From: Octopus bimaculoides
Lineage: Eukaryota
Direction of reading: 5' to 3'
DNA length: 64,000 nucleotides
Assembly: GCF_001194135.2 (NCBI RefSeq)
Contig: NC_068982.1
Span: forward strand, 156,833,857-156,897,856
This document shows, one piece after another, positions 1 through 14,126 of this stretch. Each line of letters starts with the position of its first letter. Positions within the stretch are counted from its first letter, which is position 1. The position numbers were made by a program, and so were the translations under genes. Below the pieces are notes generated by a model. It saw nothing but the letters and a program-made list of their open reading frames with translations, was not told the origin of the DNA and did no database searches.

Positions 1-46
<46 letters not shown>

Positions 47-1149
47 CTCACTCTCCTTTTCTCGTTCTCTCTGTTTCTGTATACATACATACATACATAC
101 GTGCATACATACATACATACGTGCATACATACACACACACATACATATATATATTCACACACATGCAGAAAGTCATACATACACAAAGTTACAAACATGC
201 ATATATGTGTATATATATATGTATATATATGTATATATATGTATATATNNNNNNNNNNNNNNNNNNNNNNNNNNNNNNNNNNNNNNNNNNNNNNNNNNNN
301 NNNNNNNNNNNNNNNNNNNNNNNNNNNNNNNNNNNNNNNNNNNNNNNNNNNNNNNNNNNNNNNNNNNNNNNNNNNNNNNNNNNNNNNNNNNNNNNNNNNN
401 NNNNNNNNNNNNNNNNNNNNNNNNNNNNNNNNNNNNNNNNNNNNNNNNNNNNNNNNNNNNNNNNNNNNNNNNNNNNNNNNNNNNNNNNNNNNNNNNNNNN
501 NNNNNNNNNNNNNNNNNNNNNNNNNNNNNNNNNNNNNNNNNNNNNNNNNNNNNNNNNNNNNNNNNNNNNNNNNNNNNATATATATATATATATATACATA
601 TATTCACACACGAGCACGAACATACATACATACATAATATGTCTGCTTCGCGTCATCGTGCGAATGTATGTAAGTTTTTCTCTGTACGATTTTAGAAGAC
701 TACATCTGTATATGCATGTGTGCGTTCCGGCATGAAAATTTAAACGGAAAAATTTGTTTTTAAATATATAGTAAATTAGTTATTTATTCAAAAGAATGAG
801 ATTTCATTGCTTTCTTTGTTTTATTTTATTTCTTTCATTTCCAAAGGTAAGTTGGTGTGTCTGATAGATTGGATGTGTGTTCTAGAAAGTTCTTTGTCGT
901 GTTTCTTCCAAGTCATCAAATTTTGAGTTTAGATTTCAAGAGTTTCAGCTTTTGCCTTTCATGCTTTTGGGATCAATAAAATAAAGTATTTGTCAGGTAT
1001 TGTTTGCGATGTTATCGACTAACCCCATTCACTTATATATTAGTTTGTCTTGTGCCTATTGTTAGAAGCAATAACTATGATCCTCTTCACTATTTTCATA
1101 TAGGCTGCTCTTAAGAACTGAGCTAGGGCCTTAGACGAAGAAAAGTTAG

Positions 1150-1900
1150 AGACAAGAGACAGCAGTTTTGCGAAAAAGAATTTGATGAACGATACCATGT
1201 AAAAATTTGGCTTCTATTTCTGTACTTGCAATATAAGGTAACCATGTGCACTGAGAAGCACCGTCCTACATATGGAAATTTACTTTTTTCTGTATCTTGC
1301 CTGGTCTCAGTAGAAACTTTCTGGCTCTGGAAAAGAAGCTCAATATCTGTGCTGTAGTTTGGGGGTTATACTGAGCAAAGGCAATCAGGGTTTGGATATT
1401 CAAAAGGAGCGTGAAACCTAGCGTTCGCTGTGATCGTGAGAGTTCTAGTTGTGCGATGTTTACATAGTGAGATGACATGATGTCGTTCTCGATATTTGTA
1501 ATGATACGTTTTCCTTGCTATTGTAGACTGCAAGATTTGTATGACCCTCGTGAATGATGCTGGTTTCGAAGTGTCTTCTCATGGAATGTGTGTAGATTTA
1601 CTGTGAAGTCTCGAGCTTATATGAAGATGACGCTTGGATATGAAAGTGTAAGAAGAAATGAAGAATTGTATCATTTGTGTGAGAGTGGCTATTGTTGAAG
1701 TGACATGTGAGAAGTTGATAATACACAGGAGGAAATGTGTGGGGTGCAAAATGACATTGTGACTAACAAATATTGATAGAATTTACTGGCAGTAAAATCA
1801 CTACAAGTCAAGGCTATCGATCGAAGAAAAGGGAAACAAAGAGAGCCCAGTCTTTGATGGGTTTTTTCAGATAACATGTCAGATACCGTCGAAACTTTTG
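1150..1900 (-). mobile_element. Highly decayed LINE ORF2 3' fragment (I/Jockey-like), tentative
   Basis: Frame-shifted minus-strand translation gives YVNIAQL...HAPFEYPNPDCLCSV..PQTTAQIL, resembling the C-terminal AQLR...C..C...T..H zinc-knuckle region of I-group LINEs. Many stops; motif recall only. Confidence 0.3.
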
Positions 1901-1919
1901 CCGATACTAAGGGTAATAG

Positions 1920-2049
1920 TTCCGCCGAAGTCAGCTTTGACTTACATCCTTTCAGGGTCGATAAAATAAGTATCAGTTGAGTAGTGGGGTCGATGTAATT
2001 GACTATCCTCCTTCCCCAAATTTCAGGCTTTGTGCCTATAGCAGAAAAG
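1920..2049 (+). mobile_element. SINE family B fragment
   Basis: tccgccgaagtcagctttgacttacatcctttcagggtcgataaaataagtatcag...ggggtcgatgtaattgact matches the copies at 35535-35759, 49822-50030 and 20720-21205. Confidence 0.7.
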
Positions 2050-2269
2050 ATATTAAGGGTAATAATACTACTCTCTCTAAATTTCTTGAGCGCAACTGGT
2101 GCACAAAAGTAATATTGAAGTGTTGGACTCAAAATTCTGATATTAGATAAACCATAGAGATACTCATTAAGCCATGTCATTATTTCCATTATTACTATGA
2201 CGATCATCTCCTTATATTTTTGTCCCTATCAATTAGATCATTCAAAAAGTCACACAATTTTACCACTGG

Positions 2270-2428
2270 ATCAGGCTTGTTTGCGTGGTAAGATGTTTTG
2301 TTTTCGAACGAAATGGTTCCGTGTGCTGTCCTAGTGTGACGTACCTAGGGCAAGTGTCTTCCACTGCAGCCAGGGACCGACCAAGGCTATGTGAGACTGT
2401 GAGACGGGATCTGACAGAAGCCCGTCGT
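2270..2428 (+). mobile_element. SINE family A, 5' half (degenerate)
   Basis: Similar to the head of copy 25390-25850 (cctagggcaagtgtcttccact...gaagcccgtcg) and runs into the family's internal microsatellite. Confidence 0.6.
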
Positions 2429-2455
2429 GTGTGTGTGTGTGTGTGTGTGTGTGTC

Positions 2456-2538
<83 letters not shown>

Positions 2539-2569
2539 GCATATATATTCTTTATTCTTTTATTCTTTT

Positions 2570-2945
2570 ATTTATTTCAGTCATTTGACTGCAGCCATGC
2601 TGGAGCACCGTCTTTAGTCGAACAAATCGACCCCAGGACTTATTCTTTGTAAGCAGGGTACTTATTCTATCGGTCTCTTTTGCCGAACCGCTAAGTTACG
2701 GGGACGTAAACACACCAACATAGGTTGTCAATCGACGGTGGTGGGGGACAAACACAGACACACAAATACAGAGATACATACACAGACATACATATATATA
2801 TATATATACGATGGGCTTCTTTCAGTTTCCGTTTACCAAATCCAATTACAAGGCTCTAATCGGCCTGAGGCCATAGTGCAAGGCACTTGCTCAAGGTGCC
2901 ATGTAGTGGGACTAAACCCGGAACCATGTGTTTGGGAAGCAAAGT
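2570..2945 (-). mobile_element. SINE family A, near full length
   Basis: Reverse complement aligns with 25390-25850 and 17013-17397 over the head, internal (TA/GT) tract and 3' half (cagtcatttgactgc.gccatgctggagcacc). Confidence 0.85.
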
Positions 2946-3209
2946 ATTATCAGATGCTCAAGGAAGGAAAGAAAGGTCGGTTTACGTTTCGAGCAATGCT
3001 CTTCTTCAGATACAGGAGACACGAAAGTCGAATAGAAAAAGAAGACGGAGGAAAAAAAATCGCCAACGATTCACATGTGGTTACATAATATGTGTGTGTG
3101 TGCTTGTGTGTATGTGTGTGTGTGCTTGTGTGTATGTGTGTGTGCGTGAGAGAGGGAGAGAGAGCGAGAGGGTGAGAGAGAGAGATAGTGAGAGAGAAAG
3201 AGAGAGAGA

Positions 3210-3245
<36 letters not shown>

Positions 3246-3246
3246 A

Positions 3247-3278
<32 letters not shown>

Positions 3279-3334
3279 CGTGTGTTATTTATGTGCATGC
3301 TTTTGTGCCTCTGTTTGTCCTACGTCACTGCTTA

Positions 3335-3480
3335 ACAACTGATGGTGGTGTCCACTTCCCTTTAACATAGCAGTTCGGCAAAATAAAATAATTACTGGTT
3401 AGTCGATAAGTTCGACTAAAATTCTTCAAGGTGATGTCTCCAGCATTATCGCACTCCAAGAACTGAAACAAGTCAAAGAA
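3335..3480 (+). mobile_element. SINE family A, 3' fragment
   Basis: taacatagcagttcggcaaaa...gtcgataagttcgactaaa...ctccagcat...actgaaacaagt matches the family A 3' half. Confidence 0.55.
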
Positions 3481-3965
3481 TATTAATCTAACATTAAGAC
3501 CTCTCTCCCATTTCCCCGACCAGTTTTAGCAACATCGATCCATCACTAACAGCTCTCATAACTTTATTATTATTATCACTATTAACAACATCAATACATC
3601 ACTAACAGCCTCTACACTAATCACCACTAATAGCAACACCATTCTATCACGAACAGTCTTCTTATCACTACCACTATTAGCAATATCGATCCATCAAATA
3701 CTGCCAAAACCATCCTCTTTAACATCACTAAACCCAAACTCCATAAAAACAATATAATACTCATCACTAACATCAATATCAAAATCGAATATTATAATTA
3801 ATATTTCTATATATTCTCTTCATCACCTCTGTCTGTTTCCATTTTCTCCTTTTCTTCATTTCTTTCTACATTTCTTTATTTTTCCTAAGATTCTTTTATT
3901 TTCTATCATTCTGTTTCTTTTTGCTTATTCTCTTTCTTTGTTTCTTGCTTTCTATCTGTATATAT

Positions 3966-3966
3966 T

Positions 3967-4052
<86 letters not shown>
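3966..4052. repeat. (ATT)n microsatellite
   Basis: Pure tattattat tract. Confidence 0.95.
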
Positions 4053-4053
<1 letters not shown>

Positions 4054-4458
4054 CATGCTATCTATTCTCCTGCGTCGCTATTAATAAGTGCCCGCCTCCC
4101 GTTCTTTATTTCCAAATTACTCATTATCGATAAATGGTTGTAAATTGACGTCACTGCACACATATGCACACACGCGTGCACATATTCGATAACTCACACT
4201 TATACATACAGCTACTCTCTCCCTCTCTCTCTCTCTCTCCATCTACCTCTCTTCTTACATAAACCCACTCTCGCACCTACAAATATACACATAAACACTC
4301 TTATACACACTATCACTAGCATAAACATACACAAATGCACAAATGCCCACACACATTCACTTACAAATGTGTATGCATATAATTTCTCTATATATAATCA
4401 TTAGACAGCTAGGCAGTCACGCAGATATATTCATATACATACATGCATACATACAAAC

Positions 4459-4537
<79 letters not shown>

Positions 4538-4590
4538 CGTATATATATATATGCAAAGACATACATATACATATAAGTATTTTTTTTCTG

Positions 4591-4646
<56 letters not shown>

Positions 4647-5769
4647 ATGTGTCTGAAAAATAATAAAAAGCCTCATCTTTGATCACCAATAGCCTCCAGT
4701 GAAGACATCAACTGTGGCATTGATGATATATTTTCGTTTCCTATAAGTCCAATCTTTTGTTGTATGTTCTCAAAATACTTCTTGTTTCCAACAGCGATAT
4801 TCTCTTCCACCTTCCCTCCAACCCGAAACCTCCTCTCAAGCACCCTCCTTCCACCTTAACCTTAAACATATTCTTACTCGATAACTACCTTCATTGAACC
4901 TCGTTTCCATATTTTCTTTTATGGTGGTTAATGAAAGTCATCAAGATGTTTTAATTATCTTTCACAGGAACCTCTTTATGCAACTATCTACTTACATACC
5001 CACCTACCTACGTAACTACCTACAGGTAAACAGATGTATACGTATGTATACATGTAAGCATGTGTGTGTCTAGGTAGCTCGGAAGATATATAGTTGCCTA
5101 TTTATATATCCTCATTTCACCTTGTTTATTATTAGATGATGAACATTTCCCTTATAATAAAAGCCCTGTTGATTCTTCATACATCGTCACTTAACGGATT
5201 GGTAAACAATAAAAGAAACTGAAGACAAAAGATTTAGAAAATGTAGAAATAACGATTTCTGTCATTAGCACGAAGACACAAATACTGAAAACACGTGTCT
5301 GTAGTCGTCGATTAAAGCGATCTATAAAAACCCCATTGACGATTATTATTTGATTGAGTTTTATTGGTCAAAATTGAACTCAGAACCGACAGGAAAGAAA
5401 AATAATTTGCACTATCCGGTCAAGAATATCTTCCTGGGGTCTTCGTTAACAAACTCTCTCTGCTTGTCCGGGAACTTTTCGAGAGGATACAAAGATTCCT
5501 GTTGCCTTCCTGCTGAGAGTTCATCCGTAAGCTTACGTTTCTAAGCGAGGAACAGAAAAGGAGAAAAAAAATGGGCGGAGGAAGAGAAGAAAAAAGAAGC
5601 AAACCGAAGCATTTGGCTGTTACTTTATTTATTAAGGTATAAAAGCAAAGGTAAATTTGACTCAGGTGGGTTTCGAGTTCGGGACATAAATGAATGAAAC
5701 TCGATACCTAGATTATATTTCGTCGGAAGTGCTACTGATTGTGCTATTCTACAAGTCGTGTTTTTGTTT

Positions 5770-6850
5770 CTATAATGATGTATTATACGTTTCCTTGTAT
5801 CTCTGTTGATCTTCCTGACAAAGATTATGTGATATGGTCGGCCCATATTAAGTTTCTTCACTTGAGGCTTCTTTTTGGACTTTAGAATTGTTATAATTTC
5901 CCCCAGCTTCTGGATTCTGAGACGTTCACTGTGTTGGCGATAGTAGATCTAAATACTGCAGAATATAATGATTCATTCAAGGTTGAAATGTTTTAGGTGT
6001 ATGTTTGTTAGTTCGGTTTTCGAGGTTTTAGATTTTTTTCATTGTTTTTTTTTGTGACTGATTTTCTAGAAATGTTTGAGAAGGCTGTTTAGTTGGTGTT
6101 GTAGTTGATGTGATATTGTTAGCGAGATGGAAGAATCGTTAGCACGCCGGAAAAAATGCATTCTCAGATCAAATTCAGCCGACGTCGACTTTTCCTTTTT
6201 TCCTTTCGAGGCGGATAAAATATATAACAGTTGAGTACTGGACTGGATGAAATCGACTAGATTCCACTGCCTAACATTCAGGCCATGTGCCAATTGTGAA
6301 AATGATTATTTGATATTGCTATGACAATGTTTGCCTTGGTTAATGTTGTCCTTTTGCGTATTATATTGGACTGGTTATTTCTTAATGTATTTATTATTTC
6401 TTCATTTGCTTGCTTGATCCAGAGATTGATTTCGGTTGGGTGTGATTTTGGTGCAATGTAATTAAGATTGTCTTTGGTTTTTATGAAGTTCGCAAGGGCT
6501 GTATGTTTTACGTTGCTTTGTAAGGTATGCTTTATTGTTGTATCCGTAAGAATTGTATGGAAACAGCAGTGTCTATGTTCGGGCTTTTTTGAGTGTAGAC
6601 TCTAAACCTCTTGACGGTGTTTCGTGGTGGAACATTTTCCACTTTACTTTTTCATAGTTCGAGAAGGATCTCTTTTTGGTTTTCATAGAGATATGCGAGT
6701 GTTTTGGAATGATAATAGATAATGGGAACTAAATTTTGTTTGCCAACTGATTGTGATAGCTAAGTGAGTGAATCTTTAAGAGTTGCTTAGCAAATAATCA
6801 GTTTAATGAGCTGTGTGTCGGTGTTGATGTGCTTCAGTTAGAAGGTAGAG
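5770..6850 (-). mobile_element. Decayed LINE ORF2 fragment (end of endonuclease/linker, I/Jockey-like), interrupted by a SINE
   Basis: Minus strand gives FPLSIIIPKHSHISMKTKKRSFSNYEKVKWKMF then ILTDTTIKHTLQSNVKH, resembling the post-APE NYKKANW..F and IL..ADKH.IPQG region. Frame-shifted. Confidence 0.4.
6130..6270 (+). mobile_element. SINE family B fragment nested in the LINE remnant
   Basis: agaatcgttagcacgccggaaaaaatgc...tcaaattcagccgacgtcgacttttcc matches the family B head. Confidence 0.65.
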
Positions 6851-6919
6851 AGTTTCTGGTCACGATCATTGTTCAGCTCTGAGCTGTTTTTTCTTCCAGC
6901 GCTAACTTAAGCAGCTCAA

Positions 6920-7364
6920 GCTACTCGCAGAAAAACAACGGCCATCTTTTGTTTGAAGACGAAAGGTTGTCTTCCATCAGGATAATGCTCGGCCACATAC
7001 AGCGAGGTTGACATTCCAAAGTCTGGAACAGTTTGAATGGGAAACGATGCCCCATCCACCATATCCGCCGGACATTGCTCCATCTGATTACTATGTATTC
7101 CGCAATCTTCAAAATCATTTGGTCGGAAAAGCTATGAATTCTGTAGACGAGGTCAAAACAATACTGGTAGAGTATTTTTCGTCACGGACAATTGAATTTT
7201 GGAAAATGGGCCTTAGAGGCTGCCATATAGTCTACCATATAGATGGAAGAGAATTGTAGAAAATGGAGGAGAGTATACTTTAGATTAAAAAAGAATTTTA
7301 TTTATCTTAATTTTGCCAAAATAAAAAAAGTATAAAATACTTCAATATTTATGGGATGACCCAA
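6920..7364 (+). mobile_element. Mariner transposon 3' fragment (decayed transposase plus right TIR)
   Basis: KVVFHQDNARPH...HPPYPPDIAPSDYYVFRNLQNHL with 34 residues between the second and third catalytic Asp (D34D, mariner). Ends ...tttatgggatgacccaa followed by TA (7365-7366). Has an in-frame stop and a small duplication. Confidence 0.9.
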
Positions 7365-8189
7365 TATGAACGGAATATTTCATATCAGGGAGACGACTTG
7401 ATCGCTATTTTCAGCATGTCGATCGACTACATAACATTTTATTTATTAAATGAGGACAATATACATTTATAAGTCAACATTAGTCCAAAAGTGAGTTTTA
7501 AAATATTTTGAAATATTCTTTTCAAATTTAAATACAAAGCCAGAAGATTCAGGAGCTGTGTCACGTCGATCTAGTCGAACCCACAGCTTCAGTGATGTTT
7601 GTTTCAACAAAAGCGGAGAGGACGAAACACAATGTAGGCCTAGACAGGTTTTGAATCCAAAGCCTAATGCTTCTCCTTATATTCTGTGTATTACTGATTC
7701 TAATATGCGCCATCATGGCGTGTTTTAAATATCATATTTGTAACAGCTGATTTCTAACATGATAAATAACATCAACAAGGTAATTTTTCTTTTCAGTGGA
7801 GCATTTCTAACAAAATATACATGGAGAATTTTCATTTTATTAGATATTTTCTGTCATACAGAATAAAAGACTCACACGATGTGAGTGTGTGTGTGTGAGT
7901 GTGTGTGTGAGTGTGTGTGTGTGTTTGTGTGTATGTATGTGTGTGTGTGTGTGTGCGCGCGCGTGTGCGTGCACACGTGCGTATGTATGGCAGAACATAT
8001 TCGGTATCTGTGAGTATTTAGAGTAGAATTTCAATATATGTGAAACTCTGAATATCTGCAAATATGTTTTAAAGTGTATGCGTCACATCCTTCTATCTAT
8101 CTATCTATCTATCTATCTATTTATCGAGAAATAATGTGTCGATATATATATGCATGTGTGTGTATATATGTACACACACACACACACAC

Positions 8190-8230
<41 letters not shown>

Positions 8231-10136
8231 NNNNNNNNNNNNNNNNATATATATATGTGTGTGTGTGTGTGTATATATATATGTATATATATATATGTAT
8301 ATATGTATATATATATATATATATATATCTACACACACACACATATATATATATATATATGTATATACACACACATATATATGTAAGCACACGTTTATAT
8401 ACCTTGTATGCACGCAAAAACACCACAATCTCCAAATATACACACACGTGTATGGGTGTTTATTTGTGTGTATGTGTGTGTGTGTGAGTGTGTGTGTGTG
8501 TATGTGTATTTGTATATATAAGCAGGGCTGGTGAAATGCGTGTATATATGTATAAACATATGCATGCTTGCATACTCATATGAAAATATGAGGTTTCTTT
8601 ACTTCTTTTCTGTATAAAAACATATGAGTACCGCGTCACGTTTATTCGTGAACACAACCACATGTAACCGAACACAGAAATACACAGGCGTACATACATA
8701 CGTAATAACAATAAATGCATTTAAGTATTTTCATATGCAAGAAAACATTCAGCTAATTTTGTATATTTATGCCCATTATCATTTATATATTTTTGCACGA
8801 ATATGCACGTACATACATAAATACATATATAAATAATAGAAGCATATATACATACACTTACACACACATCAGATTATACATAATACATAATACAATAAAA
8901 TATATTCGGTTAGAGTAAAAAAAAAATATGATAAATAATAAAGAAATCATGAGTAACAAGTTGTAAATAGCACTGAACGGTCTTTAAATTCGTAACATTT
9001 TACCGAAATATCTTTAGTATTCTTAGTTATGAATAGTGGCATTCAGAAATGACGTTAGTAATGTGTATATCACATAGAGTGATAGCATTGTTCAGAGAAG
9101 ACATAAATGATGTTGACATTATAATGTGGCTATATCGCATTGGTCCAGCTGAAATACAATAGCTATTGTTACTGCCCTTAGGTGAGAGTTATCTTCCCAT
9201 TACGCTTATGGTAATATTCCGCCTTTTGTCAGCAAACGTAAATGAAGAATGCTGAAGGCTAAATATGGATATGTATCTCAACTGTATTATCTACGTTATT
9301 TTCATATTCATTATAAAGCTTGTATTATAGGGCATTATTCATTCTATGTGTAAATATGATATATAAATATATATGTATTTCTCATTTTTCTCTCAATACA
9401 CTCACAACATACACATAAACGTACACATAAGTATGTATTATATTCGTAAATGTGCATATTTCTGAATATACGCGCGTAGTCCTATGTTTGTGTATATATT
9501 TATACGTAAGAAAATATAAATATACAAACATACATACATATATACATATATACATGCATACATACATACATACATACATACAAATATAAATATATATTTA
9601 TATACATATATATATATATACATATATATATATGTATATATACACAGTACGGAAGCATATTCTTACTTTAATTTACATTACGTGCAATATATATATATAT
9701 ATATATACTTATAATAAACCTATACACAAAAATAAAACAACAAAGATACAAATATGTACAAAAGTAATACGCACACAAAATCACACGCATCCCACGCACA
9801 CATGCACAAAGCCAAAGAAACAGACAAACTCACACACTCGCATAGAGTGATACCTGAGGTTTAGTAAACACACAATTTTCTTTACTACTAAATGTAGATA
9901 CTTTAGTTTATATCTAGTAACTTTTATCGAGTACCAATTTATCTAGTGCGTGCATTCAAGTACATATATATAATACACGCACACACATATATAACACAAT
10001 AGGTCAAGGTGGTGCCTCAGTATGGCCAGAGTATAATGACTGCAAAAAACAAAACAAAAGATAGAGAGAGAGAGAGAGAGAGATAAGATAGATAAATAGA
10101 TACGCATGCACACACATATATTCACACACATGAATG

Positions 10137-10170
<34 letters not shown>

Positions 10171-10717
10171 CATTATTAATAAATCACAGGGTAGCCAAAA
10201 AATTCTAGAAATTTTATTTACTACTAGTGGTCTAGCGAGAAGAAAAAAATAGTCAAATAGACTATATATTATTCATTTAAAATACAGAGATGCCTATAAC
10301 AGGTCATCTAACCCGCCAGAAAGTGCAGCCAAAACCTCTATATCACAATTGGGGATAATTTCGAAAGAGAATGAAAAACAAAAAAAAATACATTTACCAA
10401 TCTATTTTCTGAACCATGGTTTCAAGCTATTTTAGCAAAATAAAATATTTTGCAAGGTCAGCTATCGTCAGCGGAACAACCTAGATTTAACATATAAACA
10501 CGAGGCACTATATAGAAAACATGACTTGTGCTCATATGCTTAATTTTTCAAAATTTACCACGGATGTGCGCTTTACCTTATCGGCAGCAAGTACAAAAAA
10601 ACAAAAAAAACAATGCCGATTTTCTTTCAGAAATTAGCCGAAAAACATTTTATTATTATTGATAAATCAATTAAAGAAAAAAATATATATATGCATGCGG
10701 ATCTTTTTATATGTTTT

Positions 10718-11175
10718 TTGCAGTCATTATACTCCGACCATGCTGGGGCACCACCTTGAGCTATTGTTTTAATTGAATGAATCGACCCTAGTACTTATTT
10801 CTTGTCAAATCCAATACTTCCTCTATCGTTCTCTATTGTTCAACCGTTATTTTACGGGAATATAAACACACCAACACCGGTTGTCTTGTGGTGGTGGTCG
10901 GACAAACATCAACTCAAAGACACACGCACGCAGAGAGAGAGAGACACACACACATGCGCATGCGCACATACGCATGCGCACATACGCATGCGCACATACG
11001 CATGCGCACATACGCACATATATATATACACAACGAGCTTCTTTGAATTTTCGTCTACCAAATCCACTCACAAGGTTTTGGTCGTCTACAATCGAAGACA
11101 CTTGCCCAAGGTACCACACGGTGAATCGGAATCTGGAGATATGTGGTTGGGAAGTATGCTTCTTCCCACACAGCC
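10718..11175 (-). mobile_element. SINE family A, full length, with expanded internal repeat
   Basis: 3' half (gcagtcatt...ccatgctggggcaccacc) and head (cacttgcccaaggtaccac...cttcccacacagcc) align with other copies. Confidence 0.8.
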
Positions 11176-11554
11176 TTTTTAATTCACTCTAATTATCTTA
11201 ATGACTCCTGATTTTTAACTATATATACATAAGAGCTTCATCCAAATGTAAATTTTGTATTATTTGATTTTCTGTTTGAAGAATTTCTCGTAGGAGATAC
11301 CTTACATGTTCTCATTGTATGTACAATTCTGTAACTCCTATTAAGCAAGTAAAACGTATGTAATGGTGCGTATATAATATCAAAATTTTTTCTAAGCTCA
11401 TGTTTTCATATAAACTTACTCTGCAAAATTATATTATCCAGTATTTTCTTCTATTATGCATACCTCACATAAATGTAACATTTGCACACAGATTTGAAAT
11501 ACTGGATTAAGATGTGCTTCAAGGGGACCCAGCTTGGATTTTAACCCTATCTAC

Positions 11555-11642
<88 letters not shown>

Positions 11643-13650
11643 CTCTCTCTCTCTCATATATATATATACGCACGCACTTGGACAATCCCACACATACATA
11701 CACAAGCATATAAATAAAGTTATCGAAATGTAAAGAAACTTTACTGTCTGATTTTAGTACGCATTCATTTAGCCTCATGAAACCGTAGCGTTTGCTCCCT
11801 TTCCCAACAAAAGTATGATGGATTTGCTTAGTTCCAAAGCTATTAACACTATAGATTTATCAATAGCAATACTCTGTTATTTCCCAAATATCACAAGCTT
11901 CATTACCTATCCCACATATGCACTCGAAATTTGTGAGTAGTTATCAGCCAAAACGTTTTTCTATATATCAAGCAGTAGGGCAGCGATTATCAATATTTCT
12001 CGATTCCAGATATATAAAATAATATATTAAAAGGATTATGACGTATCAGTTTTTAAAAGGCTTACTAAATGTAAAACGCTTAAATGGTTTAAAATAACTA
12101 TGCATGAACGCGTTACACTTCGTTACAAATAGGCGCCCTTGTACCGGGGTGGTGCATTGAAAAAAGTTTCAAAAGTTCACGATACACCACAAACCACATG
12201 CGGCACGCAAGTATGTTACGAGACAGAGGTTAAAAACTTCTTAGGGTTTGATTTGTCCATGACTTGGGTGCTATTTCTAATATATCAGAAAAGAATGTAG
12301 AAATTCCCTCACTGATTCATGTTCTAAATGATTGCTGAACAGGGGTAAGGCAATCATATTTAACAAATAAAATTAAAAAATAGACGAACTAAGGGAAGTA
12401 ATTCAAGTAGACTAGTATCATGAACTAACTTGAGAGAAAACTTATCATTTGTAGAAAGAGGAGAAAGAAACATTGTTACCGAATGAGAAATAAAGTAGAT
12501 AATAGCAAGAAATTAGAAATTAAAGAAGATACAAAGTTGTTGCTTGATAAGAATATCAGGATTATCATAAAAGCATGTAAAACATTTTTGAGAATAATTC
12601 TTAATGTCTCGAAATTATCTACCCTTGTTTTGAGGGTCAATAACAATTATTGAGAGATTTTGGTTTTATTTCTCCTAAAAATGAAGTAATCAATCTTGTT
12701 TCTGCAAATAAAGTCCAAATTTATCCCTAAGAATATAAATTGGGTTTTCCTTCCAGGAATATAAATTAGTTTATTTTAAAATTATTTCTTAGTTTCTTAA
12801 ATTTTCTCTCCTCTTCAGCAAGAGACATTAACAGTGACTTCGAAGTTTTGTATTCTTTTAGCGCTTAAGAGGAAAATTTAAGTTAATGGCGTGACAGAGG
12901 TATCTTTGTTAAACCAGACCAGAGATAAAATCTATCACTCAGGTTAGCCTTAATCAAGCAGATCTAGAACCAATGCCGTGGCCATCCTTTAGTACTATAC
13001 ACGTACGGCTACATTAACTACTGTTGCCATTGTTTTTTCTTCAGACAGTAGGTTGTAATGTGAGGGAATTCGACATATTTTTCCGATAAATTAGATGATT
13101 ATATGTAGGCTTCCCCGTTGATAAGTGTGGTAATGATAGATATCAGAAGCGATATCAGTGATATTATTTGTTTGTTGAAAACTGTTTCGAAAACATAAGA
13201 ATATTTATCAACTAGAAAGTTTCGTACATAAACACAAAATTATTGGATTAAATACAACGTGGTAAGAAAATTCATTTGAAGGTTAAAACATGGCAAAAAT
13301 CTATTACATTCCAACTATTAATGAATACTATTTATCGTTTCTATACCATTCAATGATAGTGTTGCTTATTTCATGATAAGAAAATATTTCTAATTTCCTG
13401 GCAGCAAAAACAAATAGCATACAAGGTAACATGTCTTATCGGAATACAAGAATATTTTTCACAAACTGAAATCTCAAAGGTTGAATTAGAGAAGATAGTG
13501 TGTGATACAATAAGAAACAAAATAGAGTACCAAAACAAAAATGAAAATTCAGCTTTTTCTAGCAAATATTTGTTCTAGGGTAAAAATAACTGAGATATAC
13601 TGATTTCATTTTTATATACACATAACTCTCCCTCTCTCTCCCTCTCTCTC

Positions 13651-13758
13651 CCTCTCTCATTCTCTCTCCCTCTCTCATTCTCTCTCCCTTTCTCATTCTC
13701 TCTCCCTCTTTCATTCTCTCTCCGTCTCTCATTTTCTCTCCCTCTCTCATTTTCTCTT
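13651..13758. repeat. 18-bp minisatellite, 6 units (ctctctcattctctctcc)
   Basis: 'cat' recurs at 13658, 13676, 13694, 13712, 13730 and 13748. Confidence 0.85.
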
Positions 13759-14126
13759 TCCTTCTCTCTTTCCCTCTCTCCTCTCTCCTTCTTTCTCTCT
13801 TTCTCTCTCCTTCTCTCTCACTCTCTCTGTATATGTATATATGCAGGTGGTGTATGTGTATAAATACTTACCTATGTACATATGTATCTTATCTCCCTAT
13901 ACATACATATATGTGATTGTGAAAGTGTGTGTATGTATCATTAAACAGAGACTCATACGATTTCACACATAAATGAATTTATTGTGCATCTATGTGCATT
14001 AAAGAGGCACAAAAGGAAAGTATTGTTATATATCTAACTTCCAGAAACACGAACTGTTCAGAGCATATAATATATGTTCATGTTAATATACAAGACTAGT
14101 TATTTTTTTATTTTGTTAATCTACAG

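Noticed and set aside
1689-2207. 172-aa minus-strand ORF
   Set aside because: It runs through a SINE B fragment and a probable LINE remnant, with no host-protein features.
10185-10580. Possible non-autonomous DNA element
   Set aside because: No TIR pair, TSD or second copy found within the window.
12600-12900. Minus-strand peptides LKEYKTSKSLLMSLAEEERKFKKLR and FIFLGINLD
   Set aside because: Weak AAG acceptor, short frames with stops, and no consistent gene or RT model.
13559-13750. MREGER-repeat ORF
   Set aside because: It is the translation of the 18-bp purine/pyrimidine minisatellite.
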